From Collinsella sp. (GTDB taxonomy: Bacteria; Actinomycetota; Coriobacteriia; Coriobacteriales; Coriobacteriaceae), in assembly GCA_019419645.1 (NCBI GenBank), contig DXZN01000005.1, positions 205 through 64,204 of the forward strand: a stretch of 64,000 nt of DNA, written 5' to 3'. Below are positions 49,744 through 59,553 of the stretch, piece by piece (position 1 is the first letter of the stretch; each line of letters starts with the position of its first letter). Made by a program: the position numbers and the translations under genes. The notes beneath the pieces were generated by a model. It was not told the DNA's origin, ran no database searches, and saw nothing but the letters and a program-made list of their open reading frames with translations.

Positions 49744-50622
49744 CTAGCGCTCAACGAACTCTTGGATTTCCGCGAGCAGGCGCTTTGCCTCCTGGCGGCC
49801 CTGAATATACAGGTCCAAAAGCTTTGCCGAATCGTGCTCGACATGACCGACCTCGACCGGCTTTTGCGGAGCGACGACCAACGCACGGCCCTCGCGCTCA
49901 TACTTCCACAGGTGCATGCGCTGGATGTTGTAACGGTCATGGCGCGTCTCGATAGCCTCGAGCAGATAGGGGTAGTCGGCATAACGCGCACGCGCGGCCG
50001 GCAAAAACTCGTAGGGCTTTTTCTCATACGAACGGTCCTGCGTGACAATGACAACCGCGCGATCGAAGCCCGCCTCCTCCAGCACGTGCTCGATGGGGAC
50101 CGAATCGGCAACGCCACCGTCGACGTATTTGTGCCCGTCGATCTCGACCGGAGGCGTCACCAGCGGCAACGAAGTCGAGGCGCGCACGGCGTCGAGATCG
50201 AGCACAGCGCTTTTGACCGGCAGGTACGCGGCGGTTCCAAACAGCATGTCCGTTGCAACGGCGTACATCTCGATGGGGCTGGCGTCGAACGTCTCGTTGT
50301 CAAAGGGATCCAGGCGGTCCTGGACATCGTTGAAGATAAAGTCGTAACCCACAATAGAGCCCGTGGACGCAAACGACGCGGCGCCCATGAAGCGGTTGTC
50401 GTTGCAGAAAGCCAGGTTGATGCGGTTGGCACGGCCGATCTGGTGCGACTTGTAGTTCACGCCGTTGAGGGCGCCGGCCGATACACCGTAGACAGCCGGA
50501 ATCTCGACGCCAGCCTCCATGAGAACGTCGAGCACGCCCGCGGTAAACTGCCCGCGAAAACTACCGCCCTCCAAAACGAGCGCGACCTTTCCGGCGTTCT
50601 TTGCCTTATCTTCTGCAGTCAT
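49744..50622 (-). CDS. Patatin-like phospholipase (RssA/YjjU-like)
   Basis: LVLEGG..RG, GVSAG, DGG. Confidence 0.9.
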   Translation of the reverse strand: MTAEDKAKNAGKVALVLEGGSFRGQFTAGVLDVLMEAGVEIPAVYGVSAGALNGVNYKSHQIGRANRINLAFCNDNRFMGAASFASTGSIVGYDFIFNDVQDRLDPFDNETFDASPIEMYAVATDMLFGTAAYLPVKSAVLDLDAVRASTSLPLVTPPVEIDGHKYVDGGVADSVPIEHVLEEAGFDRAVVIVTQDRSYEKKPYEFLPAARARYADYPYLLEAIETRHDRYNIQRMHLWKYEREGRALVVAPQKPVEVGHVEHDSAKLLDLYIQGRQEAKRLLAEIQEFVER

Positions 50623-50698
50623 ATCGACCTCCTGCGATTGCGTTTTGGCCTTCTTCTACCCAGTTTTGGGATGGAGGGCGCGCAGGTTTTTCGAGGCG

Positions 50699-50946
50699 GC
50701 AGGTGAAGCGGAAAGCGCGTCCCAGTTTGAGGCGGGATTCCGGGATGCGCTTTCCGCTTGGACCGTCATTGGGAAAGCGCGACCCGTTCTGAGCGCGGAT
50801 TCCAGGATGAACTATCCGCTTGAGGCGTCTTCCGGAAAATGAATCCCATTCCGAACGTCGATTCCGGGATGCAGTTTCCGCTTGAAACGTCATCCGGAAA
50901 CCGCATCCCAGTCTGAGCCGGAATTCTGGGATGGATTTTCCGCCTG
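50699..50946. repeat. Four tandem, internally palindromic 62-bp degenerate repeats
   Basis: Units end with CCGC(T/C)TG at 50760, 50822, 50884, 50946; each holds GGAAA..(A)TCCC...GGGATG..TTTCC. Confidence 0.8.
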
Positions 50947-51017
50947 GGGCGACGTTGATGCGGGGCATGGCAGGCTGCAGTCCGATCGGCATCGCATCTG
51001 CATAGGGTTGAAGCTTT

Positions 51018-51150
51018 GCGCGGAGAATCCGCGTATTTGCTTCGCAAATACGCACCGGCTTCGGCCGCCTGCCGGCGTCCTCGCCCGCTCGCTACAAACG
51101 CTTCGCGTTTGCTTAACGCTCGCGCCCTGCATAGAGTTCGATTCTCCGCG
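51018..51150 (-). repeat. tmRNA-linked repeat unit (same family as the tRNA-Glu-linked repeat)
   Basis: 17-bp inverted copy of the tmRNA T-arm at 51134-51150; 12-bp direct copy at 51018-51029; shared core CAGGGYGCG..AAACGCG(T)AAGCGTTT..ACGCGG. Confidence 0.8.
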
Positions 51151-51166
51151 GTATCTACAAGTAATA

Positions 51167-51198
51167 AAAAGGCAGGTAGAGACACTTCTCTACCTGCC
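51167..51198 (-). terminator. tmRNA terminator
   Basis: ggcaggtagag...ctctacctgcc hairpin followed by T-tract on the minus strand. Confidence 0.8.
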
Positions 51199-51207
51199 TG
51201 TTACATA

Positions 51208-51571
51208 TGGTGGAGGCGCGGAGAATCGAACTCCGGTCCACGAAAGCCCCCTGATTGGCATCTCCAAGCTCAGTCGCTGGTTTAGTCTCGGACGCTTTGC
51301 GCGCAGCGACACGCTCGCGGCGTCCTAACCGGTTCGGTCTTAGCCCGCGCCATACCGATTACGTGCGCAGGAGCATTCCCCTAACATGACGTCGCGCCGG
51401 TGTCGGGGAAATCACCGGGTTGACGCGCCGCTATAAATTAAGCAGCGAGAGCCATAGGCTCAAAAGAAGAGTTGTTGTCAATTCAATTTGACGGTACCCC
51501 TGTTTAACGAGGCGAGGAGACCTCGGCTTGCTTCCTCTCTCAGAGCTATCGTGTCGAAACCAGTCGCCCCC
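51208..51571 (-). ncRNA. ssrA: tmRNA (tag peptide (A)DNNSSFEPMALAA)
   Basis: 5' GGGGGCGACTGGTTTCGAC, 3' GTTCGATTCTCCGCGCCTCCACCA with a G3.U70 pair; tag frame 51479-51438 ends ALAA-stop. Confidence 0.96.
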
Positions 51572-51810
51572 GAATGTTGGGAAAGTCTGGATGGTATCGG
51601 GCCTGCAAACACCCGATAACCGTCGACTTTTCAAGGAACATACGGGGCGAGCCCCGCTTGTGGAGTGTTATCTTACCACGTTCTGAAAGCGGACAGCTGT
51701 TCTATGCACGAGCTGTGAAGACCCCAATGTGCGCCGCACTTCGCACTTTTGCTACCGATCGCGTCACGTATATTTTCGCCAAGCAAAATTGACCCGTCGA
51801 AAGGACCGTT

Positions 51811-52245
51811 ATGGATACCAAGCAGCAACTCGTCAATGCCCTCGCAGGCCTGGGCTCAACCATTACCGAAGCTATGGATGTCATCGAAGGCTTTGTCCCC
51901 TGCGGACATCCCGCCCTCACGGTTTCGAACGCCCTTGTTGCGCTGGACGCTGACGATGATGCAGCTCTCGCCCAGCAGCTTGAGACCGTCGAAGGCTTTA
52001 TCGACCACGTGAGCGAGAACCGCGGCGTGACCGCCTACCACGGCATCGAGGTCGAGCTCGCGGGTCCCAAAGCCGATCTGCTCGCAGCAATCCGCGAGGT
52101 AGGCGCCCTTATGCAGACCGCAGGCGTCAAGAACACCCAGGTCAACGAGTGGGTCTACCGCAGCCTGGCAGCACTCGACAGCTCCGACGAAAAGGCAGCC
52201 GAGCAGCTCGCAGAAAGTCCCGCCATTAAGGCCGAGCTTTTGTAA
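51811..52245 (+). CDS. Hypothetical helical protein
   Basis: AAGGA RBS, host-like codon usage; two weakly similar helical halves. Confidence 0.7.
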   Translation: MDTKQQLVNALAGLGSTITEAMDVIEGFVPCGHPALTVSNALVALDADDDAALAQQLETVEGFIDHVSENRGVTAYHGIEVELAGPKADLLAAIREVGALMQTAGVKNTQVNEWVYRSLAALDSSDEKAAEQLAESPAIKAELL

Positions 52246-52303
52246 ATAGCAGACGCGGGTCCCTTGGCGCATCGTCGTCCAAGAGGCCCGCAAACAGTTC
52301 GCG

Positions 52304-52819
52304 TCAACCGATAGCCGCGCCGCCGCGTTCGGCCAAAGCAAGAATCGGCATCATTTGACGAGGTGTTTTTGCTGCAAGATCGGCATGTTCTAGCAGCTTG
52401 CGATCGTTAGTTACCAAGTAATCGACCTGCGCGCGCTTGCACGCGGCGAGCACCAAGTTGTCTTCGTAATCGCGATGGAGCGCTAAGTATTTGTCGGCCA
52501 GCCAAAGGTCCGACGCATCTGCACCCACGGCCGTGGCGTTTTCGGTCATGTTCCGAACAAACGCCAGCGCCGCATCGCCAATCGCGCGGGCAGAAGCCTC
52601 GCCGAGCGCTCCCCCGCTGGCAAGAACGCTACGCTTCAGTTCGTGCTGGACAACGTACAGCACGTCCTTGGCGATATGCACCGGAAAGAACAACGTTGCG
52701 CCCGATTCCGTCGCCCGCCCAATAAACGCACGCGCGGCAAGCGACTCGGCATGGTCGACGCAAAACGAATCAACCCATACGTTGGCGTCCACCATTATTT
52801 TAAGGGGAGCCCCGCTCAC
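52304..52819 (-). CDS. PIN domain (VapC-like) toxin
   Basis: IMVDANVWVD, DYEDNL, YLVTND; GTGA overlap with the antitoxin stop. Confidence 0.85.
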   Translation of the reverse strand: MSGAPLKIMVDANVWVDSFCVDHAESLAARAFIGRATESGATLFFPVHIAKDVLYVVQHELKRSVLASGGALGEASARAIGDAALAFVRNMTENATAVGADASDLWLADKYLALHRDYEDNLVLAACKRAQVDYLVTNDRKLLEHADLAAKTPRQMMPILALAERGGAAIG

Positions 52820-53169
52820 AGGATCATCCCCTTTTGGCGATAGCGCTCGTCCATGGCTTCGGAATAGATTGCGTCCCAACCGCGATCGTCGGATACGGGC
52901 GACGCAGCGATGCCCAAATCTGCATAAAGCCGGTCTGCCGCCGCCCACGACGCGGCGAACGGCGTATCGGGCACGACGGTCTGCTGCCGGTCGTCGACGG
53001 CCGCAAGCACTTCCTCGCACTGCCCGCCACCCTGCGCGACCTTGGCCACCACCTTTTTGATGAGCTCGGGCAGTGACCTGCCCGAAAGCCGCAGCGCCTC
53101 CTCGGCACGGTTCTTGACCTGGCGATCTACGCGAACGTTCACCTGCGCCATGCCGCTAACAGCACCCAC
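52816..53169 (-). CDS. RelB/DinJ-like ribbon-helix-helix antitoxin
   Basis: AQVNVRVDRQVKNRAEEAL...S..ELI; upstream of the PIN gene; operator-like dyad ATGCTAGC/GCTAGCAT at 53199-53230. Confidence 0.8.
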   Translation of the reverse strand: MGAVSGMAQVNVRVDRQVKNRAEEALRLSGRSLPELIKKVVAKVAQGGGQCEEVLAAVDDRQQTVVPDTPFAASWAAADRLYADLGIAASPVSDDRGWDAIYSEAMDERYRQKGMIL

Positions 53170-53312
53170 GTCGATCCCGCTCCCTTCAATTGCTAACTAT
53201 GCTAGCAACACTTTATAAAGAAGCTAGCATATGGTCAAATGCAAAAGGCCTGCGCCCAGACGACATCGATGCCGTCTGGGCGCAGGCCAGATAACGTGGA
53301 CGAACACGTCTG

Positions 53313-55388
53313 CTAACGCAGGTAAGCCTTCGCGTTGCCCAGGCTGTAGGCAATCGTCGAGCCGTTGTGCAGCAGCGACGATGCCTGCGGGGTAATCGCG
53401 CCGGTAATGCCCAGTGCCAAGAGCGCCGAGTTGGTGAGCATCACCTTAGAATAGGAGCTCGTCAGACGATCAATGAGGCCCTGGCTCATGCGGCGCAGGC
53501 GCACGATTGCGGCCAGATCTGTATCGGTCAGGATGATATCGGCGACCTCCTTGGCGATGTCGCTTCCACCGCCCATGGCCAGACCCACATCGGCCAGGCC
53601 CAGCGCCGGTGAGTCGTTGACGCCGTCGCCCACCATGGCAACGTGGCGCCCCTGGCTCTTGATGCGCTCCACATAGGCGTACTTGTCCTCGGGCAGCAGT
53701 TCGGCCTTAAACTCGTCGACACCCGCCTCGCGCGCAATGCGCTCGGCCGTGCGCTCCGAATCGCCCGTGAGCATAACGACATGCTTGACGCCCAGCGCAT
53801 GTAGGTCGGCGATGGCCTCACGGACCCCGGGCTTGAGCGGATCCTCGATGCCGAGCACGCCGACGACCTTGCCGTCGACCGCCAGATACAGCGGCGACAG
53901 GCCCTGCATCTGGGACTCGATTTGCTCCTTAATGTCGGACTCGAGCTGCGCACCCTCGTCCTCAAATACAAAGTGCGCGGAACCGATGATGGCGCGACGC
54001 CCTTCAATGGACGAAGCGATGCCGTGCGCCACGATGTACTCGACGGCGGCATGGCGCTCGCGGTGCTCGAGCCCGCGCTCGCGGGCGGCGTTGACCACGG
54101 CACGCGCCACCGGATGCGGGAAATGCTCCTCCAAGCAAGCAGAAAGGCGCAGGACCTCGTCCTCGCTCCAGCCATCGGTGGTGAGCACGCAGGCAAGACG
54201 CGGCTGCGCCTCGGTAAGCGTGCCGGTCTTGTCAAACACAATGGTGTCGGCCTTGGCAAACGACTCAAAGTACTTCGCGCCCTTGACCATGACGCCCATC
54301 TTGGCAGCATCGCTCATAGCGGTCATGACGGCAACGGAACCCGTGAGCTTGAGTGCGCACGAGTAGTCGACCATCAGTGCCGCGGAGGTCTTGATGAGAC
54401 TGCGCGTGGTGAGCGCAACCAGGCCCGCGAGCAGGAAGTTCCACGGGACGATCTTGTTGGCAAGGTCCTCCATATGCGACTGGCCCTCGGACTTGAGCGA
54501 GTCGGCCGTCTGCACGAGCGAGACAATTGAGCGCAGTTTGGTTTGCGCCGTATTGGCGCGCACACGCACCAAGATGCTGCCGTCCTCCACGACGGTGCCG
54601 GCGAACACGTCGTCGCCCACGCTGCGCTCGACGGCAAGCGGCTCGCCGGTCAGGGTCGCCTGGTTGACCATGGCGCTCCCCTGCTCGACAACACCGTCGA
54701 TGCAAATGGACATGCCGGTGCGCACGGCGACCAGATCGCCGGGCTCAAGCTCGGTGGCGGCAACGCTTACCTCGGTGTCGCCGACAACCTTTTGCACCTT
54801 GTCGGGTACATCGAGCAGCGAGTTGATGAGCTCGTTTTCGCTCATGGCGCGGGTGTAGTCCTCGAGCAGCTCGCCCACGTTGAGCAGGAACATTGTCTGG
54901 CCCGCGGTGTCGACATCACGCTTGACGAACGAAATGCCGATGGCCGAAGCGTCGAGCACGGGAACGGTCAGGCGCGGCTGCGCCAGCTCATGAAGGGCAG
55001 CGCGCAAAAATGCCATGTAACCGGCCACGACAAACACCGCACGCAGAGGCGTCGGCAAGAACCAGCGGCGCGCGTAGTGGGCGCCGACGAGTGTCGCCAG
55101 GTCCATAACGAGTTTGTGCTTGCGCGGCTCAAGCTGCATCACATAGCCCGACTTGGCATCGGCGATAGCTTGAGCATCGAGTGCGCCCAAGGCGTCGAGC
55201 ACGCTCGCGCGACGTGGCTCGTCGTATTCGAGTGCCATCTGGCCGATGCGGCCGTAGACGCGCACCTTGTGCACGCCGTCGATGTCGCCGCCAAGCTTAA
55301 GAAGTGCATCGAGATCGCTCTCTGGCACAGGACCCGCCAATTGAAGACGGGTCCTGCCGGGGATCTCGCTAATAATCGAGAATCTCAT
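53313..55388 (-). CDS. Heavy-metal P1B-type ATPase (SCA subtype, probably Fe(II))
   Basis: TGE, DYSCALKL, DKTGTLT, HP, GDGVND; N-terminal SEIPGR.R domain. Confidence 0.9.
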   Translation of the reverse strand: MRFSIISEIPGRTRLQLAGPVPESDLDALLKLGGDIDGVHKVRVYGRIGQMALEYDEPRRASVLDALGALDAQAIADAKSGYVMQLEPRKHKLVMDLATLVGAHYARRWFLPTPLRAVFVVAGYMAFLRAALHELAQPRLTVPVLDASAIGISFVKRDVDTAGQTMFLLNVGELLEDYTRAMSENELINSLLDVPDKVQKVVGDTEVSVAATELEPGDLVAVRTGMSICIDGVVEQGSAMVNQATLTGEPLAVERSVGDDVFAGTVVEDGSILVRVRANTAQTKLRSIVSLVQTADSLKSEGQSHMEDLANKIVPWNFLLAGLVALTTRSLIKTSAALMVDYSCALKLTGSVAVMTAMSDAAKMGVMVKGAKYFESFAKADTIVFDKTGTLTEAQPRLACVLTTDGWSEDEVLRLSACLEEHFPHPVARAVVNAARERGLEHRERHAAVEYIVAHGIASSIEGRRAIIGSAHFVFEDEGAQLESDIKEQIESQMQGLSPLYLAVDGKVVGVLGIEDPLKPGVREAIADLHALGVKHVVMLTGDSERTAERIAREAGVDEFKAELLPEDKYAYVERIKSQGRHVAMVGDGVNDSPALGLADVGLAMGGGSDIAKEVADIILTDTDLAAIVRLRRMSQGLIDRLTSSYSKVMLTNSALLALGITGAITPQASSLLHNGSTIAYSLGNAKAYLR

Positions 55389-55406
55389 AGTTTGTGCCTG
55401 GGAGCG

Positions 55407-55652
55407 TTACTCGGCTGCCTCGTCAGCAGCGGCCTCGCTCTGGGTGATGTAAGCAGCCTCGGCAACCATGTCGTCGACATTAGCCTTGGCCTGCTCGACC
55501 ATGTCCTGGTAGCCGTTCTTGATGCGCATGCCGCACGCGATACCCTGCACGCAGGCATTCTTGACCGGAGCGCTGGTAAGCAGCTTGATGCCGGCCGTGC
55601 CAAGCAGAAAACCGCCACCGACAAGCAGGGTATTGAACGTCGACTTCTTCAT
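55407..55652 (-). CDS. Small protein accompanying the P1B ATPase (DUF1490/DUF6110-like)
   Basis: GGFLLGTAGIKLL...ANVDDMVAEA pattern; directly upstream of the ATPase. Confidence 0.75.
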   Translation of the reverse strand: MKKSTFNTLLVGGGFLLGTAGIKLLTSAPVKNACVQGIACGMRIKNGYQDMVEQAKANVDDMVAEAAYITQSEAAADEAAE

Positions 55653-55760
55653 GTTGCTTCTCCCTTTTGCCGCATTGGACGCGGCATGGTGCTTCAGCAC
55701 CCGAGTAAACAAGTTTGCTCGAGCACGCTTTTGAAATATCTCAATTTTATCTAACTATCT

Positions 55761-55780
55761 AGGTCAGCCATGGCTAACCT
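55761..55780. promoter_or_regulatory. Metal-regulator-like palindrome
   Basis: AGGTCAGCCATGGCTAACCT; second copy GTTAGCCATGGCTCAC at 59487-59502. Confidence 0.65.
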
Positions 55781-55813
55781 TTTGAAAATTAACGATGCGG
55801 AGTAACCGATTGT

Positions 55814-55840
55814 CAATGTGAGAAAGGGACTGTCCCTTTG
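55814..55840 (+). repeat. 27-bp direct repeat, left of the ABC-AraC module
   Basis: CAATGTGAGAAAGGGACTGTCCCTTTG, 26/27 identical to 60589-60615. Confidence 0.8.
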
Positions 55841-55847
55841 CCCCTTC

Positions 55848-57605
55848 TTACAACTGCCAGGTAGCTGCTTCCTTTTGCAGCGCCACCATGCGGGCGAATT
55901 CTCCACCTGCCGCCTTGAGCTGCGCCGGAGTGCCCTGCTCGGCAACCACACCATCCTTGAGTACAACGATTTTGTCGGCATTTTCCACCGTACGCATACG
56001 GTGGGCAATAACGATAACCGTCTTACCTGCAAGCAGACGGGAGAGCGCCTGCTGAACCACGGTCTCGTTCTCCACATCCAAGCTCGCCGTCGCCTCGTCC
56101 AACAGCACGATAGGCGCGTCTTTGAGCAGCGCACGGGCGATAGAGATGCGCTGGCGCTCACCGCCGGACAGCTTGGAGCCGTTCTCGCCGATCATGGTGT
56201 CATAGCCCTGCGGCATGCGGCTTACAAACTCGTCGCAGTTGGCGGCACGCGCGGCGGCAAGCACTTCCTCATCGGTGGCATCGCGACGGCCAAGGCGGAT
56301 GTTTCCCATCACCGTGTCGTCAAAGAGCAGCACGTCTTGAAACACAATGGCATAGTCGCGCAGCAGCACCTCGGGGTCCACGCTCGCAACATCCACACCG
56401 CCCACGGTAACCGTGCCTTCGGTGGCGTCCCAAAAGCGCGCGGCCAGGCGGCTCACCGTGGACTTACCGGAGCCCGAAGGACCGACCAGTGCCGTGACCT
56501 CGCCTTCCTTGGCGGTAAAGCTCACATCGGTAAGAACTTTCTCGCCGGCGCGGCCGTCCTCGCCCGCACCATAGCCAAATGCCACGTGATCGAACACCAC
56601 ATCGTGGCCCACGGGCTCAAATTTCTCGCTGCCCCGCGCCACAGGCTCTTCCATGATGGAACGCATGCGCTTGGCCGACGACTCGGCGGCAAACAGCTCG
56701 GACATCAGCATCAGTGCCTGATCGAAGGGCGCATAGATGCGGCTCACCATAAGCAGGAAGGCAAACATCACCAAAAAGTCGACCTGGCCGGAGGCGACCA
56801 TCGCAGCGCCCGTGACCAACGTGGTGGCAATCCCCAGGCGCAGGATGGCAAAGGCGGAGTTGACCAAAAGCCCATTGGCGAGCTCGCCTTTGGTGGTCTC
56901 GCGCTCCTCGGCATCGATCACGGCGTTGAGCCCCTCAAGATAATGAGCCTCCTGGTTGGTGGCGCGGATCTCGCGCACGCAGTCGAGCGTCTCCTGGATC
57001 GCCTCGGTAACCTTGACCTTCTCGGCACGCACATGGTCGAACACCGGGGTCATGGGGCCGCGTGTCAGATACAGCACGGCAAAGGCCACGGGCACGCTCC
57101 AAAACGCCGCGATCGCCAGCTGCCAGCAAAAGAACAGCGACGCCACGAACACAATGGCGCTTGCGATGATGGCACCCCAAAGCTCTCCCAGCACGTGGCT
57201 GTAGGCGTGCTCCATGGCCTGGACGTCGCCCATAATGGTCTCGGTTAAATCGGCCAGATCACGACGGCCAAAAAACGACAGCGGCAGCTTGCGCAAGCGC
57301 TCGGCGATCTCCATACGCTGCTTGCCGCACTCCTCGTAAAAGATGCAGTAGGTGTAGTAATACTGCTGCCAGTTAGAGGCAAAGAGCAACACGAAAAAGA
57401 CCAGGAGGCCGCCCACAATCGGCAGGGCATCCGGCAGGTCGGCACCGGTGGCGAGATGTTCGACAAAGCCGGCCATGACCAGGAACAAAAAGCCCATGCC
57501 GGCCATAGTGATGAGATTGGTGAGCGTGGTCCAGAAAATGCCGCGCTTAACGCCGGCGATGCCTTTATCGGATAGGAAATACTTCTTTTGGAATGAGGCA
57601 AACAT
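55848..57605 (-). CDS. ABC transporter permease/ATP-binding fusion (IrtB/YbtQ-like)
   Basis: TM domain plus GPSGSGKST, LSGGERQR, LLDEATA, IAHR. Confidence 0.92.
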   Translation of the reverse strand: MFASFQKKYFLSDKGIAGVKRGIFWTTLTNLITMAGMGFLFLVMAGFVEHLATGADLPDALPIVGGLLVFFVLLFASNWQQYYYTYCIFYEECGKQRMEIAERLRKLPLSFFGRRDLADLTETIMGDVQAMEHAYSHVLGELWGAIIASAIVFVASLFFCWQLAIAAFWSVPVAFAVLYLTRGPMTPVFDHVRAEKVKVTEAIQETLDCVREIRATNQEAHYLEGLNAVIDAEERETTKGELANGLLVNSAFAILRLGIATTLVTGAAMVASGQVDFLVMFAFLLMVSRIYAPFDQALMLMSELFAAESSAKRMRSIMEEPVARGSEKFEPVGHDVVFDHVAFGYGAGEDGRAGEKVLTDVSFTAKEGEVTALVGPSGSGKSTVSRLAARFWDATEGTVTVGGVDVASVDPEVLLRDYAIVFQDVLLFDDTVMGNIRLGRRDATDEEVLAAARAANCDEFVSRMPQGYDTMIGENGSKLSGGERQRISIARALLKDAPIVLLDEATASLDVENETVVQQALSRLLAGKTVIVIAHRMRTVENADKIVVLKDGVVAEQGTPAQLKAAGGEFARMVALQKEAATWQL

Positions 57606-59432
57606 TTAGGCCTCACCTCCCTTCGCGGCGGCGGCATCCGCGGTCGCTGCAGTGATTTTCCAGCTCGCGGCCTGTTCGTATTCGGCCCACATCTTGGCAT
57701 ACAGACCCTCTTGGGACAGCAACTCGGCATGGGTGCCAGTCTCCTGCACGCTGCCCTGGTTGAGCACCACGATTTGGTCTGCGCCCACTACAGTCGAGAG
57801 TCGGTGCGCGATCATAATGACCGTGCGACCCGCCGCCAGCTTGCTAAAGGCGCGCTGGATGAGCGCCTCGTTCTCGGGATCGGCAAACGCCGTGGCCTCA
57901 TCGAGCACCACGATAGGCGCGTCTTTAAGGATCGCGCGGGCGAGTGCAACGCGCTGGACCTCGCCGCCCGAAAGATATGCTCCGCCGGCACCGAGCATGG
58001 TATTGATGCCCTGTGGGAGCTTGGCCACAATGTCGTCGCACTGAGCTGCGGAGAGGGCCGCACGCACTTCGTCATCAGTGGCCGTAGGCTTGGAGGCGCG
58101 CACGTTATCGGCAAGTGTTTGCCGGAACAGCTGGTTGGTCTGGAACACGAAGGCGACCTGGTCCATAAGCTCGTGCGGATCCATATCGTGAACGTCCACA
58201 CCGCCTACGAGCACTCGACCCGAGGAAACATCCCAAAAACGCGGGATCAGGCTTGCGCAGGTTGACTTACCGCCACCCGAGGGGCCCACCAGGGCGAGGG
58301 TGCTACCAGCGGGAACGCTGAAACTCACATGGCTAACGGCAGGTGCTTCGGCACCCTCGTACGTAAAGCTCACGTCCTCAAATCGCACGTCGCCGCCGGC
58401 AGGGTGCTTGGGTTGGGCGGGCACGGAGAGCTGCTTGGAATCCATGACGCTTCGAATACGAGCCAGTGAATCGGCACTCATTTGAGAGGCCTCGCCCACA
58501 AACATGAGCTTGGTCATGGCCGTCGGCACCACGGCCGAAAATATCGCGTAAAACGTGAAGTTGGCCATAAAATGCGCGAAGTCCGTCTCGCCCGGCGCCA
58601 ACAGCAACGCCACGGGCAATAGGAATGCCACAAGACCATTGAGCGCGGTAAGGTTGAGTACCTGCGGACCTCGACAGAACGTGCCCGAATAGTTTTGTGC
58701 CGTGTCGGCGTATTCGGCGATCGCATCGTGGAAAGCCTTAAAGGAGTAGACCGTCTGCTGAAACACCTTGACCACCGGAATACCGCGTACGTATTCGGTG
58801 CCCGTCTTGTTCATTTTGACTAGTTCATCCATGTAGGCCTTCATGAACTCGGCGCCTTTACCGCTCATCATGGTGGCCATGGCGCCAAACGAAATGGCCA
58901 CCGAGATGAGGCATGCCGCGCCCAAGCGCCAATCGAGGGCGAAAAGCAGCACGAGCAGACCTGCGACCATGGCGGTGGCGCCGGCGATATCGGGCAGCAT
59001 GTGCGCGAGCAGTGTCTCGGTTGAGGCGGCGCATCCGTCTACGATACGGCGCAGCTCACCGGTGGCGTGCGTGTCAAAGTAGCCGAGCGGCAGCTTAAGC
59101 AGATGCTCGCTCGTAGCCTTGCGGATATTGGACGCGCAACGAAACGCGGATAGGTGTGTGCACATGAGCCCCACGAAATAAATCACGATGCTCACCAGGG
59201 CAAAACCGACGGCCCACCAACCATACATCGCGATATCGCAGGCTTCGCTCCAGTTAGGTGCCACGGCGATCAGATCGCGCGCGACAAGCCAAATGCACAC
59301 GTACGGGCCAAAGCTCAGCAGCTGCGAGAGCGCCGAGAGGGCCATGCCCAAATATGTTAGGAATTTACGGTCGCCGGCATATGCAAGCAGCTCGCCGATA
59401 CCGCCGCCTTCCTTTTTTGATCCCTTTGCCAT
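57606..59432 (-). CDS. ABC transporter permease/ATP-binding fusion (IrtA/YbtP-like)
   Basis: THLSAF, EYVRGIPVVK.F, GPSGGGKST, LSGGEVQR, LDEATAFADPENE. Confidence 0.92.
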   Translation of the reverse strand: MAKGSKKEGGGIGELLAYAGDRKFLTYLGMALSALSQLLSFGPYVCIWLVARDLIAVAPNWSEACDIAMYGWWAVGFALVSIVIYFVGLMCTHLSAFRCASNIRKATSEHLLKLPLGYFDTHATGELRRIVDGCAASTETLLAHMLPDIAGATAMVAGLLVLLFALDWRLGAACLISVAISFGAMATMMSGKGAEFMKAYMDELVKMNKTGTEYVRGIPVVKVFQQTVYSFKAFHDAIAEYADTAQNYSGTFCRGPQVLNLTALNGLVAFLLPVALLLAPGETDFAHFMANFTFYAIFSAVVPTAMTKLMFVGEASQMSADSLARIRSVMDSKQLSVPAQPKHPAGGDVRFEDVSFTYEGAEAPAVSHVSFSVPAGSTLALVGPSGGGKSTCASLIPRFWDVSSGRVLVGGVDVHDMDPHELMDQVAFVFQTNQLFRQTLADNVRASKPTATDDEVRAALSAAQCDDIVAKLPQGINTMLGAGGAYLSGGEVQRVALARAILKDAPIVVLDEATAFADPENEALIQRAFSKLAAGRTVIMIAHRLSTVVGADQIVVLNQGSVQETGTHAELLSQEGLYAKMWAEYEQAASWKITAATADAAAAKGGEA

Positions 59433-59517
59433 GAGATTCCTTTCTAACGGCTTGAGAGTTAACCGTAATGAACTTATCATTGATGTGTTAGCCATGGCTC
59501 ACAATCGAGCCAGGCGT

Positions 59518-59553
59518 GGACGTTTCTGCAAAGGAAAGGGACGCTTTTGCAAA
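59518..59553. promoter_or_regulatory. Putative AraC-type direct-repeat operator
   Basis: GGACGTTTCTGCAAA and GGACGCTTTTGCAAA with 21-bp periodicity between the divergent ABC and AraC genes. Confidence 0.6.

Noticed and set aside
50699..50946. CRISPR array (62-bp period, palindromic units)
   Set aside because: No invariant repeat alternating with unique spacers; similarity is degenerate across the whole unit; no cas genes in the window
51811..52245. Hybrid-cluster (Hcp) protein fragment
   Set aside because: Only a vague helical resemblance and no cluster-binding Cys motif; left as hypothetical
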